The notes beneath the pieces were generated by a model. It was not told the origin of the DNA and did no database searches. It saw only the letters and a program-made list of their open reading frames with translations. Source: an uncultured phage cr111_1. Taken from it: a DNA stretch of 40,000 nucleotides. The DNA is taken from sequence record MT774387.1. The stretch is one strand, 5' to 3'. Position 1 is the first letter of the stretch, and every line of letters begins with the position of its first letter. The position numbers were made by a program, and so were the translations under genes. Positions 18,173 to 26,938 of this stretch are shown one piece after another.

Positions 18173-18207
18173 ATGAAACCCTTGATGTCACTACTTCTTC
18201 TTAATGA

Positions 18208-18235
18208 CCATAGAGAGTTTTTAGGCTCTCTATGG
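18208..18235. repeat. Perfect 10-bp inverted repeat (hairpin) CCATAGAGAG...CTCTCTATGG
   Basis: Direct reading. Confidence 0.7.
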
Positions 18236-18380
18236 CTTGTTTAACTAAAATGGATTAAAATTAACTGGGATTCTGTTTCACAACAGTATCAAGGGCCAGT
18301 CTCCCTATGGAATGTGCAGAAGATAATTGGATTTATTTGTGGAAGGGTTTCACCCCCCCCCTGATTAATGTTTTGTTGAA

Positions 18381-18402
18381 GTAGAGGGATTTCTCCCTCT
18401 AC
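18381..18402 (-). terminator. Hairpin at 3' end of the 18407..19048 gene
   Basis: GTAGAGGGA-TTTC-TCCCTCTAC 9-bp stem immediately after the stop codon on the minus strand; weak T-tract. Confidence 0.55.
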
Positions 18403-18406
18403 TGAT

Positions 18407-19048
18407 TCAGCAACCTTTCAGTGCTTCTCTTTCCACAGGATGAAGCTGCTTGAGAGCTGCCCAGGCGTAGTTTTCCTCTTTGAAGTAAACTACACCAGGA
18501 TAGTTTACCATCGTGTGATTGAGGACATCCCATCCACCGTCACTTCGAGGACTGCAGAAATACCCTGTATTTCCGTGAGTTTTGCGCCATCCCTTGTTGA
18601 GGGTATTGGCCAGTTTCTGGAGGGCCTCTGTGGCATTGTTCATTCCCATCTGCCACAGTGCAAGGCTGCTCTTGGGAATGATGCCCAGAAGCTCTTCTTC
18701 AGGGAAATACTTGCATGCAAACTCAGCTGCGGCTCCACCCTGCTTATACAGAGCTTTTGCTTCTTCCAGAGTGAATGTGTTGCTGGGTTTGAAGGCTTTG
18801 TTCTCCATCAGTTCCCATCTGACAGTCTTGATGGGAATGTAGGAGGAAGTTCTTTTGCAGTTGGACAGAATCTGAGTTCTGGTATCTACATAATGTAGAA
18901 GTGAGGCGTAGACTGCAGAAATGTATACTGTCGATTGGTATGCAGGGAGGTAGATTGTGGAACCGGATGTCAGACAGTTGTGGGGGTCTTCCACATTGAA
19001 GGCATACTCCTTGCAGCTACTGGGGAATATAACTTTGATAGTTTTCAT
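18407..19048 (-). CDS. Hypothetical protein
   Basis: 213 aa ORF with hairpin after it. Confidence 0.6.
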   Translation of the reverse strand: MKTIKVIFPSSCKEYAFNVEDPHNCLTSGSTIYLPAYQSTVYISAVYASLLHYVDTRTQILSNCKRTSSYIPIKTVRWELMENKAFKPSNTFTLEEAKALYKQGGAAAEFACKYFPEEELLGIIPKSSLALWQMGMNNATEALQKLANTLNKGWRKTHGNTGYFCSPRSDGGWDVLNHTMVNYPGVVYFKEENYAWAALKQLHPVEREALKGC

Positions 19049-19082
19049 GGTTTCTCGTTGTTTTAATTATTGGATAATTTGT

Positions 19083-19155
19083 GATTCCTATAGGATTCGA
19101 ACCTATGACCGACAGCTTAGAAGGCTGTTGCTCTATCCAACTGAGCTAAGGAACC
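19083..19155 (-). tRNA. tRNA-Arg(TCT)
   Basis: Cloverleaf on minus strand: GGTTCCT..AGGAATC acceptor, TAGCTCAGTTGGATAGAGC, ACAGC-CTTCTAA-GCTGT, GGTTCGAATCC. Confidence 0.92.
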
Positions 19156-19812
19156 ATTGTGAAAAGGAATAGATAGATATTCCTCTTGTCTATTACTCAC
19201 TACTCCATACAATTTGCCTCAAACTAATGCACTATAAATAAGTTACAGTCCTCTTGGATTTTGTATATCATGTAAGACTTGTTCATTTCATATCTCCCAT
19301 AGACTTCGATATGAAATATAGATTGTACTTTAATCTATTGAAATCGTCTACAATCAGGACTATCTCAATCATGCATATCTAATACTCTGTTAATAACTTA
19401 ATAGTATTTTCTTCCACAGAGTATTGATAGACAGGGAAAAAGGTAAACAGTATTAAATCCTATTAGCTTGTAGCAGAAAATCTACTTCTATTCTGTTTCA
19501 AGATTCTATCATCTACACTTATCATTTTAGAATATCTATATTCATAGTGACAAATGCTCATATTTTCGATATTTTTCAGACTATAATTAAGGAAGGAAGA
19601 GATACTGCTGATTATATCTGACAGTAAATAGTGTTTTATCTTTTTATCTGCTGTCAGGGTTTAGGGTATTTGGAAAGAGAGATAAAAGGGAGGGATGGTC
19701 ATAAATAACCACAATTCTCTCTTCTATCTCTCTCATTCTCAGTCTTTTACAAGCTTCTTTGAGCTCTATTACTAATAAGTATTATTGACCAATTATGGTC
19801 TAATTGTCCTAT

Positions 19813-19938
19813 TTAGTAAGGCCCTTTCTTTCTGTCTTCAACTATCAATCTATAAACTGTATCACCTAATGCAAAAGCCATGACAAGCATAAAGATGATG
19901 AGCAATAACCAATAAGCCACAATCATTTCAGTATTCAT
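19813..19938 (-). CDS. Very small membrane protein (41 aa), not in ORF track
   Basis: Manual translation MNTEMIVAYWLLLIIFMLVMAFALGDTVYRLIVEDRKKGPY*. Confidence 0.4.
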   Translation of the reverse strand: MNTEMIVAYWLLLIIFMLVMAFALGDTVYRLIVEDRKKGPY

Positions 19939-20138
19939 TTTAGGCAAACAATCTCCTATTATAACACCACACCTCAGGGCCAAGAAGCTACAGACTTGTA
20001 ATAAATAGCCCTTGAATTCTAAGCCTGAGAGAGTAGGGTATTGACCTATTTCTCAAGGTGTATATATTATATATAGGTATAGAAAGAAAGTGAGAAGACA
20101 GAATCAATCTATCTTCCCACTTCCAAAGAAGAGGAGTA

Positions 20139-20477
20139 CTACTCCTCTTCGAACTCTGCCAGCTCCACCTTATTGGCACTCTTGTGGAGCATGAAGCAGG
20201 TAGTGGTCTGACCATCAGACTTACGCTCATACTCTACCTCCGAGATGTAGGCGTCTACAGGGATTTTCTCTGCACCTTCTATGGTTGCAGCTACAAGCCC
20301 TCGGACCACTTCCTGTCCTTTGGCATTGAAGCAGACGAAGATGGTCTTCTCCCGACCATCTTTGGTCTTCTGGATTCCCCTCTTGGTGGAGGTGATGCCA
20401 TAGCGAATTTTAGCCATAGCAAAGCTCTGCGAATTGATGAATCTGCCAAGATTCTCCTGATTCTGATTCTGGTTCAT
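20139..20477 (-). CDS. Hypothetical protein
   Basis: 112 aa ORF; last minus-strand gene before the divergent intergenic region. Confidence 0.6.
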   Translation of the reverse strand: MNQNQNQENLGRFINSQSFAMAKIRYGITSTKRGIQKTKDGREKTIFVCFNAKGQEVVRGLVAATIEGAEKIPVDAYISEVEYERKSDGQTTTCFMLHKSANKVELAEFEEE

Positions 20478-20658
20478 AACTTCTAATTTTAATTGATTGT
20501 TGATATTACTTGGGCCGGGGTATGACCCAACCCGCCGAAGGCGGGGAGGGGTTAGTGGTGATTAGGTAACCCGTATCTTCATCAAACTAAAAAAATATTC
20601 CAGAAAAAAAAATAAAAAAAATAAAAAATTAAAAATTCATAATTTTTTTCCTTATAAA

Positions 20659-20690
20659 TTTGGATTTGTCAGTTTTTTTACTTATCTTTG
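20659..20690 (+). promoter_or_regulatory. Bacteroidota-type promoter (TTTG ... TATCTTTG) for the late/structural operon
   Basis: Matches the -33 TTTG / -7 TAnnTTTG consensus of Bacteroidota sigma factor, at the strand switch. Confidence 0.55.
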
Positions 20691-20993
20691 TCCCTGTCAA
20701 GTCTGATACCTATAGGACTATTCTCCCTGAGGCTTTATGGTAGTAAGGGAAAGACGGAGGGTTGTAGGCATTTTATATTGCTGAGTTGTCCCCTTCATGA
20801 CACAACTGACTTAGAAACTAAGATATGTGACCCACCAATTAGGTTGAGAACAGGTTGAGGGTAAAGTGGTCCTTGGGGTAATCCCGCCATATTGGAAGTT
20901 CTAAGTTAAAGAGGGGGGCAGGTGACTGCAAATCCTCAAGACTGAGCCAAAGTCTTAGGGATTTACTATGTACTTATATGAAAGAAATTAATT

Positions 20994-21143
20994 ATGAAAG
21001 TTACAGTAATCACTAAACCCCTATGGGTTCGTAAGAATGGAAAAAAGGGAGTACATTTTGTACAGGAATTCTTCTATGCAAATAGAATAGAAGATGGCAA
21101 AAGAACTGCCTATAGCATAATGAGCAATCGTAAAGGAAAATGA
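20994..21143 (+). CDS. Small hypothetical protein (49 aa), not in ORF track
   Basis: MKVTVITKPLWVRKNGKKGVHFVQEFFYANRIEDGKRTAYSIMSNRKGK*; stop overlaps next start (ATGA). Confidence 0.5.
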   Translation: MKVTVITKPLWVRKNGKKGVHFVQEFFYANRIEDGKRTAYSIMSNRKGK

Positions 21144-21565
21144 AATGGTATACTAAGTTAAGAAGATGGACATGGGAATTGCCTCAGAGTTTACTGGGTG
21201 CAATTCTCTTGCCATTTTATGAAAAGACAAGACTGAAGACCTTTGAATATAAAGGTCAACAGGTTTATATATATGACAAGTTCCCCGGTGGAATATCATT
21301 GGGATACTATGTTCTTATAGATTATGACAGATACAGCTGGAACAACCACTACATCAGGCTTAGTTTGAAAAATTCTGTAAAGCATGAGTCGGGACATGGA
21401 GTTCAGTCTAAATGGTTAGGGCCTTTATATTTGCCTACTGTAGGACTGTTGAGTGGAAGTCATAATATAATCTGTAGAATAAAGGACTATTATCACAAGA
21501 ACTACGATTATTATAAGTTCTTTGTGGAAAAGTCTGCAGATAAATTAGGTGGAGTTAAAAGATAA
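21140..21565 (+). CDS. Conserved hypothetical protein with HESGH motif
   Basis: 141 aa; NSVKHESGHGVQSKWLGPLYLPTVG. Confidence 0.55.
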   Translation: MKWYTKLRRWTWELPQSLLGAILLPFYEKTRLKTFEYKGQQVYIYDKFPGGISLGYYVLIDYDRYSWNNHYIRLSLKNSVKHESGHGVQSKWLGPLYLPTVGLLSGSHNIICRIKDYYHKNYDYYKFFVEKSADKLGGVKR

Positions 21566-21568
21566 GAT

Positions 21569-23020
21569 ATGGGATATCATAATTGTTGGGACCCTATTTA
21601 TAGAATAGGAACCAGGGAGTTCAGGAAGAGATGTTGCATCAATACGAATAAGGCTCTTTCTCTGCAGAAAGATATGGATGCAGTAGATGAGGCACTGAAG
21701 GATAAGGGAATCTCCACAGAGGGATTCACACCTGAAGATTACAAGAATGCAATAGAGGAGCTGAGTGCAGAACAGTATTATGGAATAGAGTTTGATATTA
21801 CTGACTCTTCTCCATTATGTACAAGAATCGGAGATATGCAGCTGCATTCTACTCTTCCTGTTCATTCAAAGATGAGGGGATGTCTGCTCGCAGATGATGG
21901 TACTGTAGTAAAGTATCTGAACTCTTCAGATTGGACATCTGAAGTGAGAGATGGTTCTCAGGGACAGGTGATGGTGGAAGTTCCGGAACACTGGATAAGA
22001 TTCGAAACTGATGGTAATAAGAGAAGGGTATATGTCTCTGAGAGGGAAATCTCTTCTTTTATGAGAGTTCCTAAATACTATGTCTCAGCCTATGAAGCTG
22101 CATTGGATAGAACTAATAATATATTATGTTCTGTTGTAAATGATACAACTCAGTTTAGAGGAGGTAATAATAGCAGTGCTTGGGATGGAACAGGTAAAAG
22201 TCTTCTTGGAAAACCTGTCACTGCTAAGACCAGAGCTCAGATGAGAACTGCTGCAAGAAATAGAAATTCTGTAGACCCAAGATGGAATATATTGACTTAT
22301 AATATATACAAAGACTTGTTCTGGTTATATTATATAGAGTATGCTAATCTGAACTGTCAGGATACCTATACTGGAGAAAGAGATGCCAATGGTTACAGAC
22401 AGGGAGGTCTTGGAGCTGGTGTTACTAATATATCCTCAGCTGATTGGAGTGCTTTCAATAGCTATAATCCCCTTATTTCATGCGGGTATACTGATTCATT
22501 AGGTAACAGTACTGGTGTGGTTCCATTTGAAATGCCGGAGGAATTTGGTAAGGAACTGATTACTTATGTACCAAGATGGAGAGGTATTGAGAATATCTTT
22601 GGGCATTTATGGAAATATTGTGATGGAATGATAATAGATGTTCAGTCTGAAGAGGCAGGTGGAGAGAGTAAATTCTATGTATTCGACAGACCTGAGAACT
22701 ACAAAGACACTATAGATGAACATGCTATTTACATAGGAAATCAGATTAGAGCTGAAGGTTACCTGAAAGAGGTTGCTTTTGGAGATTTCGGTGATATATA
22801 TGCCACAGCAGTCAATGGAGGAGCAAGCTCTACAAAGTATTTCTGTGACTATACTTACAACCTTAATTTACCGACAACAGGTAATTCATTAAGGGCCCTC
22901 TTCTTGGGTGGTCGTGTTTACCATGGTGCTAATGCGGGCTTGGGTTACTTGCTTTCTAATTATTCGGTGTCTTATTCTTCTTCGGGCTGTGGCTTTCGGC
23001 TCTGCTTCATAAGTGAGTAA
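21569..23020 (+). CDS. DGR target / receptor-binding-type protein with C-terminal formylglycine-generating-enzyme/C-type-lectin-like variable domain
   Basis: 483 aa; C-terminus ALFLGGRVYHGANAGLGYLLSNYSVSYSSSGCGFRLCF is typical of DGR variable proteins; directly followed by an RT fragment. Confidence 0.75.
   Translation: MGYHNCWDPIYRIGTREFRKRCCINTNKALSLQKDMDAVDEALKDKGISTEGFTPEDYKNAIEELSAEQYYGIEFDITDSSPLCTRIGDMQLHSTLPVHSKMRGCLLADDGTVVKYLNSSDWTSEVRDGSQGQVMVEVPEHWIRFETDGNKRRVYVSEREISSFMRVPKYYVSAYEAALDRTNNILCSVVNDTTQFRGGNNSSAWDGTGKSLLGKPVTAKTRAQMRTAARNRNSVDPRWNILTYNIYKDLFWLYYIEYANLNCQDTYTGERDANGYRQGGLGAGVTNISSADWSAFNSYNPLISCGYTDSLGNSTGVVPFEMPEEFGKELITYVPRWRGIENIFGHLWKYCDGMIIDVQSEEAGGESKFYVFDRPENYKDTIDEHAIYIGNQIRAEGYLKEVAFGDFGDIYATAVNGGASSTKYFCDYTYNLNLPTTGNSLRALFLGGRVYHGANAGLGYLLSNYSVSYSSSGCGFRLCFISE
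22892..23008 (+). repeat. Putative DGR variable repeat (VR)
   Basis: About 117 nt with only about 10 adenines in an otherwise A-rich genome, ending GGCTTTCGGCTCTGCTTC at the 3' end of the target gene. Confidence 0.6.
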
Positions 23021-23071
23021 ACAAATATAGCAATAAAGGCTGTTTATCCTCAAGACCCTAATCTTAGGTAG

Positions 23072-23512
23072 TACAGATATGCAGATGACATAGTTATACT
23101 GCATCACAATAAGGAGTTCTTACATGACCTCCTGGACAAAATACAAACCTACCTTTGGGACAATTTGAGACTGACTCTTAAAAAGTGCCCGGAGGGGGGG
23201 GGAGTTATAAGAAAATATCAGATATTCCCAGTGGACTCAAGAGGAGTGGATTTTGTAGGATATGTATTTAGACATGGCTATACGAAACTACGGAAGTCCA
23301 TTAAGAAAAACTTCTGCAGAAAGGCGGCTAAGATAAATAAAAGAGCCTTAACAGTTAAGGCTTATAAACAGAATATCTGTAGCTGGTGGGGATGGTGTAA
23401 GTATTGTAATTCTCATCATTTATTGAAAAAGATTTTAAAAACAGATGTATATGAAAGCATACAGCAAGGAAGCACCAAAGCAGGTAGAGCTGATAAGTCC
23501 GGAGACTTATAG
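23072..23512 (+). pseudogene. Truncated DGR-type reverse transcriptase (C-terminal part only)
   Basis: Manual translation after an in-frame TAG: YRYADDIVILHHNKEFLHDLLDKIQTYLWDNLRLTLKKCPEGGGVIRKYQIFPVDSRGVDFVGYVFRHGYTKLRKSIKKNF...; the catalytic YADD is present but no N-terminal palm/fingers and no ATG. Confidence 0.8.
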
Positions 23513-23810
23513 AGTAAGATGGGATATTTATAAGGCAAGGGAAGAGACTGAGGATGGAGTTGTAGAACAATATGTTTGTAATGAATGTACTGTCTATGCT
23601 CCACTTACCCAAGATTCTATTCTTCAGGCTGCTATCAGAGCAGGAATCTCTCAGAGTGAAGAGCTTAAGCTTATCAATGACTACAATGCCTATACACTTG
23701 GCCTTACTACTGACCCAATGGTGGTAGATAGATACAAGAGTTATATAGGATGGAGAGCTAACCTGAAGATCAAGATAGATACGCTTTGTGCCAGCAATAA
23801 TATCAAGTAA
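23445..23810 (+). CDS. Small hypothetical protein
   Basis: 121 aa ORF contiguous with next gene; N-terminal part overlaps RT remnant, start may be internal. Confidence 0.5.
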   Translation: MYMKAYSKEAPKQVELISPETYRVRWDIYKAREETEDGVVEQYVCNECTVYAPLTQDSILQAAIRAGISQSEELKLINDYNAYTLGLTTDPMVVDRYKSYIGWRANLKIKIDTLCASNNIK

Positions 23811-25765
23811 TGAGATGGGATAAACTATCTATGAAAGAAAAGGGAGAACTCATGAAGCTCTATATGAGTGGGGGGGTTCTTTCTATTTCTGAAATGAAGA
23901 AGCACTATAATTCCTATGCAGATGGGGGAGATGCCTATATAGCTAAAAAAGCTGAAGAGGCCAGATTAGCAGCTCTTGAGAGAAGCAGGGCTATGACCAA
24001 GCCTATAGTTCCTATGGTTCCCAATCCATTATCACAGGAAGATTTTGAAAAGAATCAGGACGATATACAGAAGTTTGTAAAGAAGAAATTACAAAGTCTG
24101 GAAGATGAAGGGAGAATAAGGACTATTCCAAGTTTGTCCTCTCAGCTAAAAGCTAAAACATACTATGCTGATAAGGGGGTTGAGAACTATGTTAGAGAGG
24201 TAGACAACCCTAATGGCATATATGCTGTTGGTAAATACCAATCTTTAGTTCCTGGACAATCTTGTATGTCTACAGCTTCAGGAACTTATTGCAAATCTAT
24301 TACTGGCAATCAGTCTTTTGCTGCTGACCCTGCTAAGTATGGATTTAAGAGAATTCCTAATAGTGAAGTACTTCCCGGAGATATAGTTCAAATTATTAAT
24401 CCTGCAAATAATATTCCAATTCACGCTATGATTTATGATAGTATGGGGGAGGATGGAAAACCAAGATATAACTACTCTTCTGGAGGTGAAGATAAAACTT
24501 CTATTGTAAAGAAAGGTAAATATCCGGTACCTAATGATAAGCTACATACTTACAGATTTGTAGGAAATCATGCAGATAGTATAAGATGGAAAAGAGAGTA
24601 TAATAGGAAAGCTTTTGGGGGTCCTTTGAGGGATGAATATGACAACCCTGAGCAGTATTATGACTATAATACAGCCGAAGAAGCAGGAGGCATGTATGAT
24701 GAAAAGTCTAAACATTGGGCCTCAAGAGACCCAAGGACTGGTATGATTCTTAAGAATCCTAAGCATCCTACATTTGCCTTAGCTATAAGAGAAGACCAAT
24801 CTTCAGGTTATACACCCTTTATAGATACTTCTACAGGCAGATATTTCACACTGAAGCCAGAAGAATATGCTACAGCTCCTAATAAGCTTACTTTAAGAAG
24901 AGTTAATTTGTTTCAAAATGGTGGTTTAGAAGATGCAATTTCTTATCAAACCCAAGAAGAACAAAGACAAACAGCTCATAATAACAATAATTATTGGGGA
25001 GCTCTGTCTTTAGAGAAGAAGGCAAAAGCTCTACAGTACTATGGAAAGATGGGAGTTAATTCTTTGAAAGAAGTTGTGGAGTATTATAACTCCTCTCCAG
25101 AGGAAATAAGAAACCATATTTTGAAAGAGTCTGAAGATTTGACAGATGATTTAGTATTTGCTTCTCACTACAACCAACTAAGAGGGTTAAAGAATGATAC
25201 TGATACTACTTCCCTAAAGTACAGCATGAGGGCATTCAGACTTGCTGGAGTACCAGATGTGGTGAATGCTTCTTATCATGGAAATGCAGTTGAAGAAAGT
25301 GGAGGCGATTTCTATAAATCACAATTAAATGGAGGTCCTGGATATGGAAGGGACCAAAGAGAGAGGTGGACTATAGAAGTACAAACTAAGAATGGTAAGA
25401 AAATAAGAATTAGAAAGCCTAACGAAAGATGGCTTACTTATGTAAATAATACTCCAGATACTTATACAAATGATGATAGGGAAACTATATGGAGTATAGG
25501 GGCATTAACAGATTATACTCCAGGAGGGATGTATAAACAGGAGTGGAATAAAGGACAGTCTTCTTATAAGGATACTAAAAAAGCGCAAAGAGATGCTACA
25601 TCTGGTAAATTATCAGTAGACGAGAATAGTGTTTTACTTAGACAAACTTTTTTTAGGCCTGCAAATGGAAAATCTGATAATACAAGAAAAGCTGCTGGAA
25701 GAATACTAAGCACTATACTCTCTGAGAATCAGATAGATACGTCCAGAATTACAAAAATGCCGTAA
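23810..25765 (+). CDS. Large virion/lysis-associated protein with NlpC/P60- or CHAP-like peptidase motif
   Basis: 651 aa; GQSCMSTASGTYC...VLPGDIVQIINPANNIPIHAMIYDS suggests Cys/His peptidase. Confidence 0.55.
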   Translation: MRWDKLSMKEKGELMKLYMSGGVLSISEMKKHYNSYADGGDAYIAKKAEEARLAALERSRAMTKPIVPMVPNPLSQEDFEKNQDDIQKFVKKKLQSLEDEGRIRTIPSLSSQLKAKTYYADKGVENYVREVDNPNGIYAVGKYQSLVPGQSCMSTASGTYCKSITGNQSFAADPAKYGFKRIPNSEVLPGDIVQIINPANNIPIHAMIYDSMGEDGKPRYNYSSGGEDKTSIVKKGKYPVPNDKLHTYRFVGNHADSIRWKREYNRKAFGGPLRDEYDNPEQYYDYNTAEEAGGMYDEKSKHWASRDPRTGMILKNPKHPTFALAIREDQSSGYTPFIDTSTGRYFTLKPEEYATAPNKLTLRRVNLFQNGGLEDAISYQTQEEQRQTAHNNNNYWGALSLEKKAKALQYYGKMGVNSLKEVVEYYNSSPEEIRNHILKESEDLTDDLVFASHYNQLRGLKNDTDTTSLKYSMRAFRLAGVPDVVNASYHGNAVEESGGDFYKSQLNGGPGYGRDQRERWTIEVQTKNGKKIRIRKPNERWLTYVNNTPDTYTNDDRETIWSIGALTDYTPGGMYKQEWNKGQSSYKDTKKAQRDATSGKLSVDENSVLLRQTFFRPANGKSDNTRKAAGRILSTILSENQIDTSRITKMP

Positions 25766-25801
25766 AATAATTGCCAAAAAATTTGGAAATGTCAAAAATT
25801 T

Positions 25802-25813
25802 TACTTACCTTTG
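25802..25813 (+). promoter_or_regulatory. Bacteroidota-type promoter -7 box (TACTTACCTTTG)
   Basis: TAnnTTTG motif upstream of the tRNA array; same TTACTTACCTTTGTA string recurs at about 29020..29036. Confidence 0.45.
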
Positions 25814-25921
25814 TACTGTTGATTTGAGAGATATGGTTAAAACAATTAGAGAAGGACAATCCGTCGAGGGATAATCTAAGATGGAAATACGCCTTCCGGG
25901 GTAGAGGAATCTACCCCACGA

Positions 25922-25992
25922 TGAAGCATGGTGTAATGGTAACACTATAGATTTTGGTTCTATCATTCTTGGTTCGAATCCAGGTGCTTCAA
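25922..25992 (+). tRNA. tRNA-Gln(TTG)
   Basis: TGAAGCA..TGCTTCA acceptor; ATAGA-TTTTGGT-TCTAT anticodon arm; GGTTCGAATCC. Confidence 0.9.
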
Positions 25993-26019
25993 CAAATTAT
26001 TAATTTAATTTTTCATAAT

Positions 26020-26391
26020 ATGAGTAGAAAGTGGTGGACAGTACTTATTGTAGCTGTCACAGTTATTGGGCTTTTTGCAGCTATTAAGCTTATGCCTTAC
26101 TGGGCAACTCTTGTAGCTCTTGGGTCATTCGTATTTGGTTGTTTCTCAGGTTACATTCTTAAGAAGAAGGAAATCATTGAGAAGATTGTAGAGAAACCTG
26201 TAGAGGTCATCAAGGAAGTAAAGGTTCCTGTAGAGGTGATTAAGGAGGTTATCAAGGAGGTACCTGTATATCCTGTACCTGAGACAGTATCAGCTGCTCC
26301 TGAGGCAATCCCTGAGGAATCTAAGGATGCTCCTGTAGAGACTAAACCAAAACCTAAGAAGAAGAGTAAGAATAAGAAGGTAGCTGAATAA
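26020..26391 (+). CDS. Membrane protein with Lys/Pro-rich C-terminal tail (possible lysis or virion accessory)
   Basis: MSRKWWTVLIVAVTVIGLFAAIKLM...; start moved to 26020 because the track ORF overlaps the tRNA. Confidence 0.6.
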   Translation: MSRKWWTVLIVAVTVIGLFAAIKLMPYWATLVALGSFVFGCFSGYILKKKEIIEKIVEKPVEVIKEVKVPVEVIKEVIKEVPVYPVPETVSAAPEAIPEESKDAPVETKPKPKKKSKNKKVAE

Positions 26392-26403
26392 GCTACCTTT
26401 ACT

Positions 26404-26477
26404 TGGGCCTTTATGCTAATTGGATAAACTCAGGGCCTTCTAAGCCCTCATTCTTGGTTCGAATCCAAGGAGGCCTA
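26404..26477 (+). tRNA. tRNA-Arg(TCT)
   Basis: AGGGC-CTTCTAA-GCCCT; CTTGGTTCGAATCCAAGG. Confidence 0.85.
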
Positions 26478-26482
26478 CAGAA

Positions 26483-26557
26483 TGCTGCATTAGTCGAATG
26501 GTTAGGACACCACCCTTTCAAGGTCGGAGATTATTGGTTCGAATCCAATATGCAGTA
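26483..26557 (+). tRNA. tRNA-Glu(TTC)
   Basis: TGCTGCA..TGCAGTA; CTTTCAA loop; ATTGGTTCGAATCCAAT. Confidence 0.85.
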
Positions 26558-26560
26558 CTA

Positions 26561-26633
26561 TGCTGAGTTAGAATAGTGGTTAGTTCGCCAGTTTCTCAAG
26601 CTGGACACCAGGGTTCAATTCCCTGACTCAGTA
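26561..26633 (+). tRNA. tRNA-Glu(CTC)
   Basis: CCAGT-TTCTCAA-GCTGG; CAGGGTTCAATTCCCTG. Confidence 0.8.
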
Positions 26634-26687
26634 CTTTGGACTTAAGAGACGAATTTAGACGAGGAGTTCTGTCCTACCAGAACTCAT

Positions 26688-26763
26688 GGACTATGGGGCT
26701 GCTTGGAGTGGCTACCTGCCTGTCACGCAGGTTATCAGATGGGTTCAAATCCCATATAGTCCG
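26688..26763 (+). tRNA. tRNA-Asp(GTC)
   Basis: CTGTCAC loop; ATGGGTTCAAATCCCAT; GGACTAT..ATAGTCC. Confidence 0.9.
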
Positions 26764-26767
26764 CAAT

Positions 26768-26852
26768 GGAGAGTAAATCATAGAGGTTCTATGGTCTTCC
26801 CTGCTAAGGAATGAGTTCTGAAAGGAATATGTTTCGAGTACATTGCTCTCCG
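26768..26852 (+). tRNA. tRNA-Ser(GCT)
   Basis: CTGCTAA loop, long variable arm, GGAGAG..CTCTCC. Confidence 0.8.
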
Positions 26853-26856
26853 CATA

Positions 26857-26934
26857 TAGGGTATTTGGGGAGTCCGGTTACCCCGCTTGCTTTGGGAGCA
26901 AGAGAACTCGCAGGTTCAAATCCTGCATACCCTA
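26857..26934 (+). tRNA. tRNA-Pro(TGG)
   Basis: CTTGC-TTTGGGA-GCAAG; GCAGGTTCAAATCCTGC; TAGGGTA..TACCCTA. Confidence 0.88.
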
Positions 26935-26938
26935 CTAT

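Noticed and set aside
23195-23215. Suspected frameshift in the RT fragment at the G9 homopolymer
   Set aside because: Careful reading shows the downstream IFPVDSRGVDFVGY frame is the same as the upstream YADD frame; decay is by 5' truncation, not by this tract.
25954-26019. N-terminal extension of the 25954..26391 ORF
   Set aside because: It overlaps tRNA-Gln(TTG); the internal ATG at 26020 gives a normal membrane protein start.
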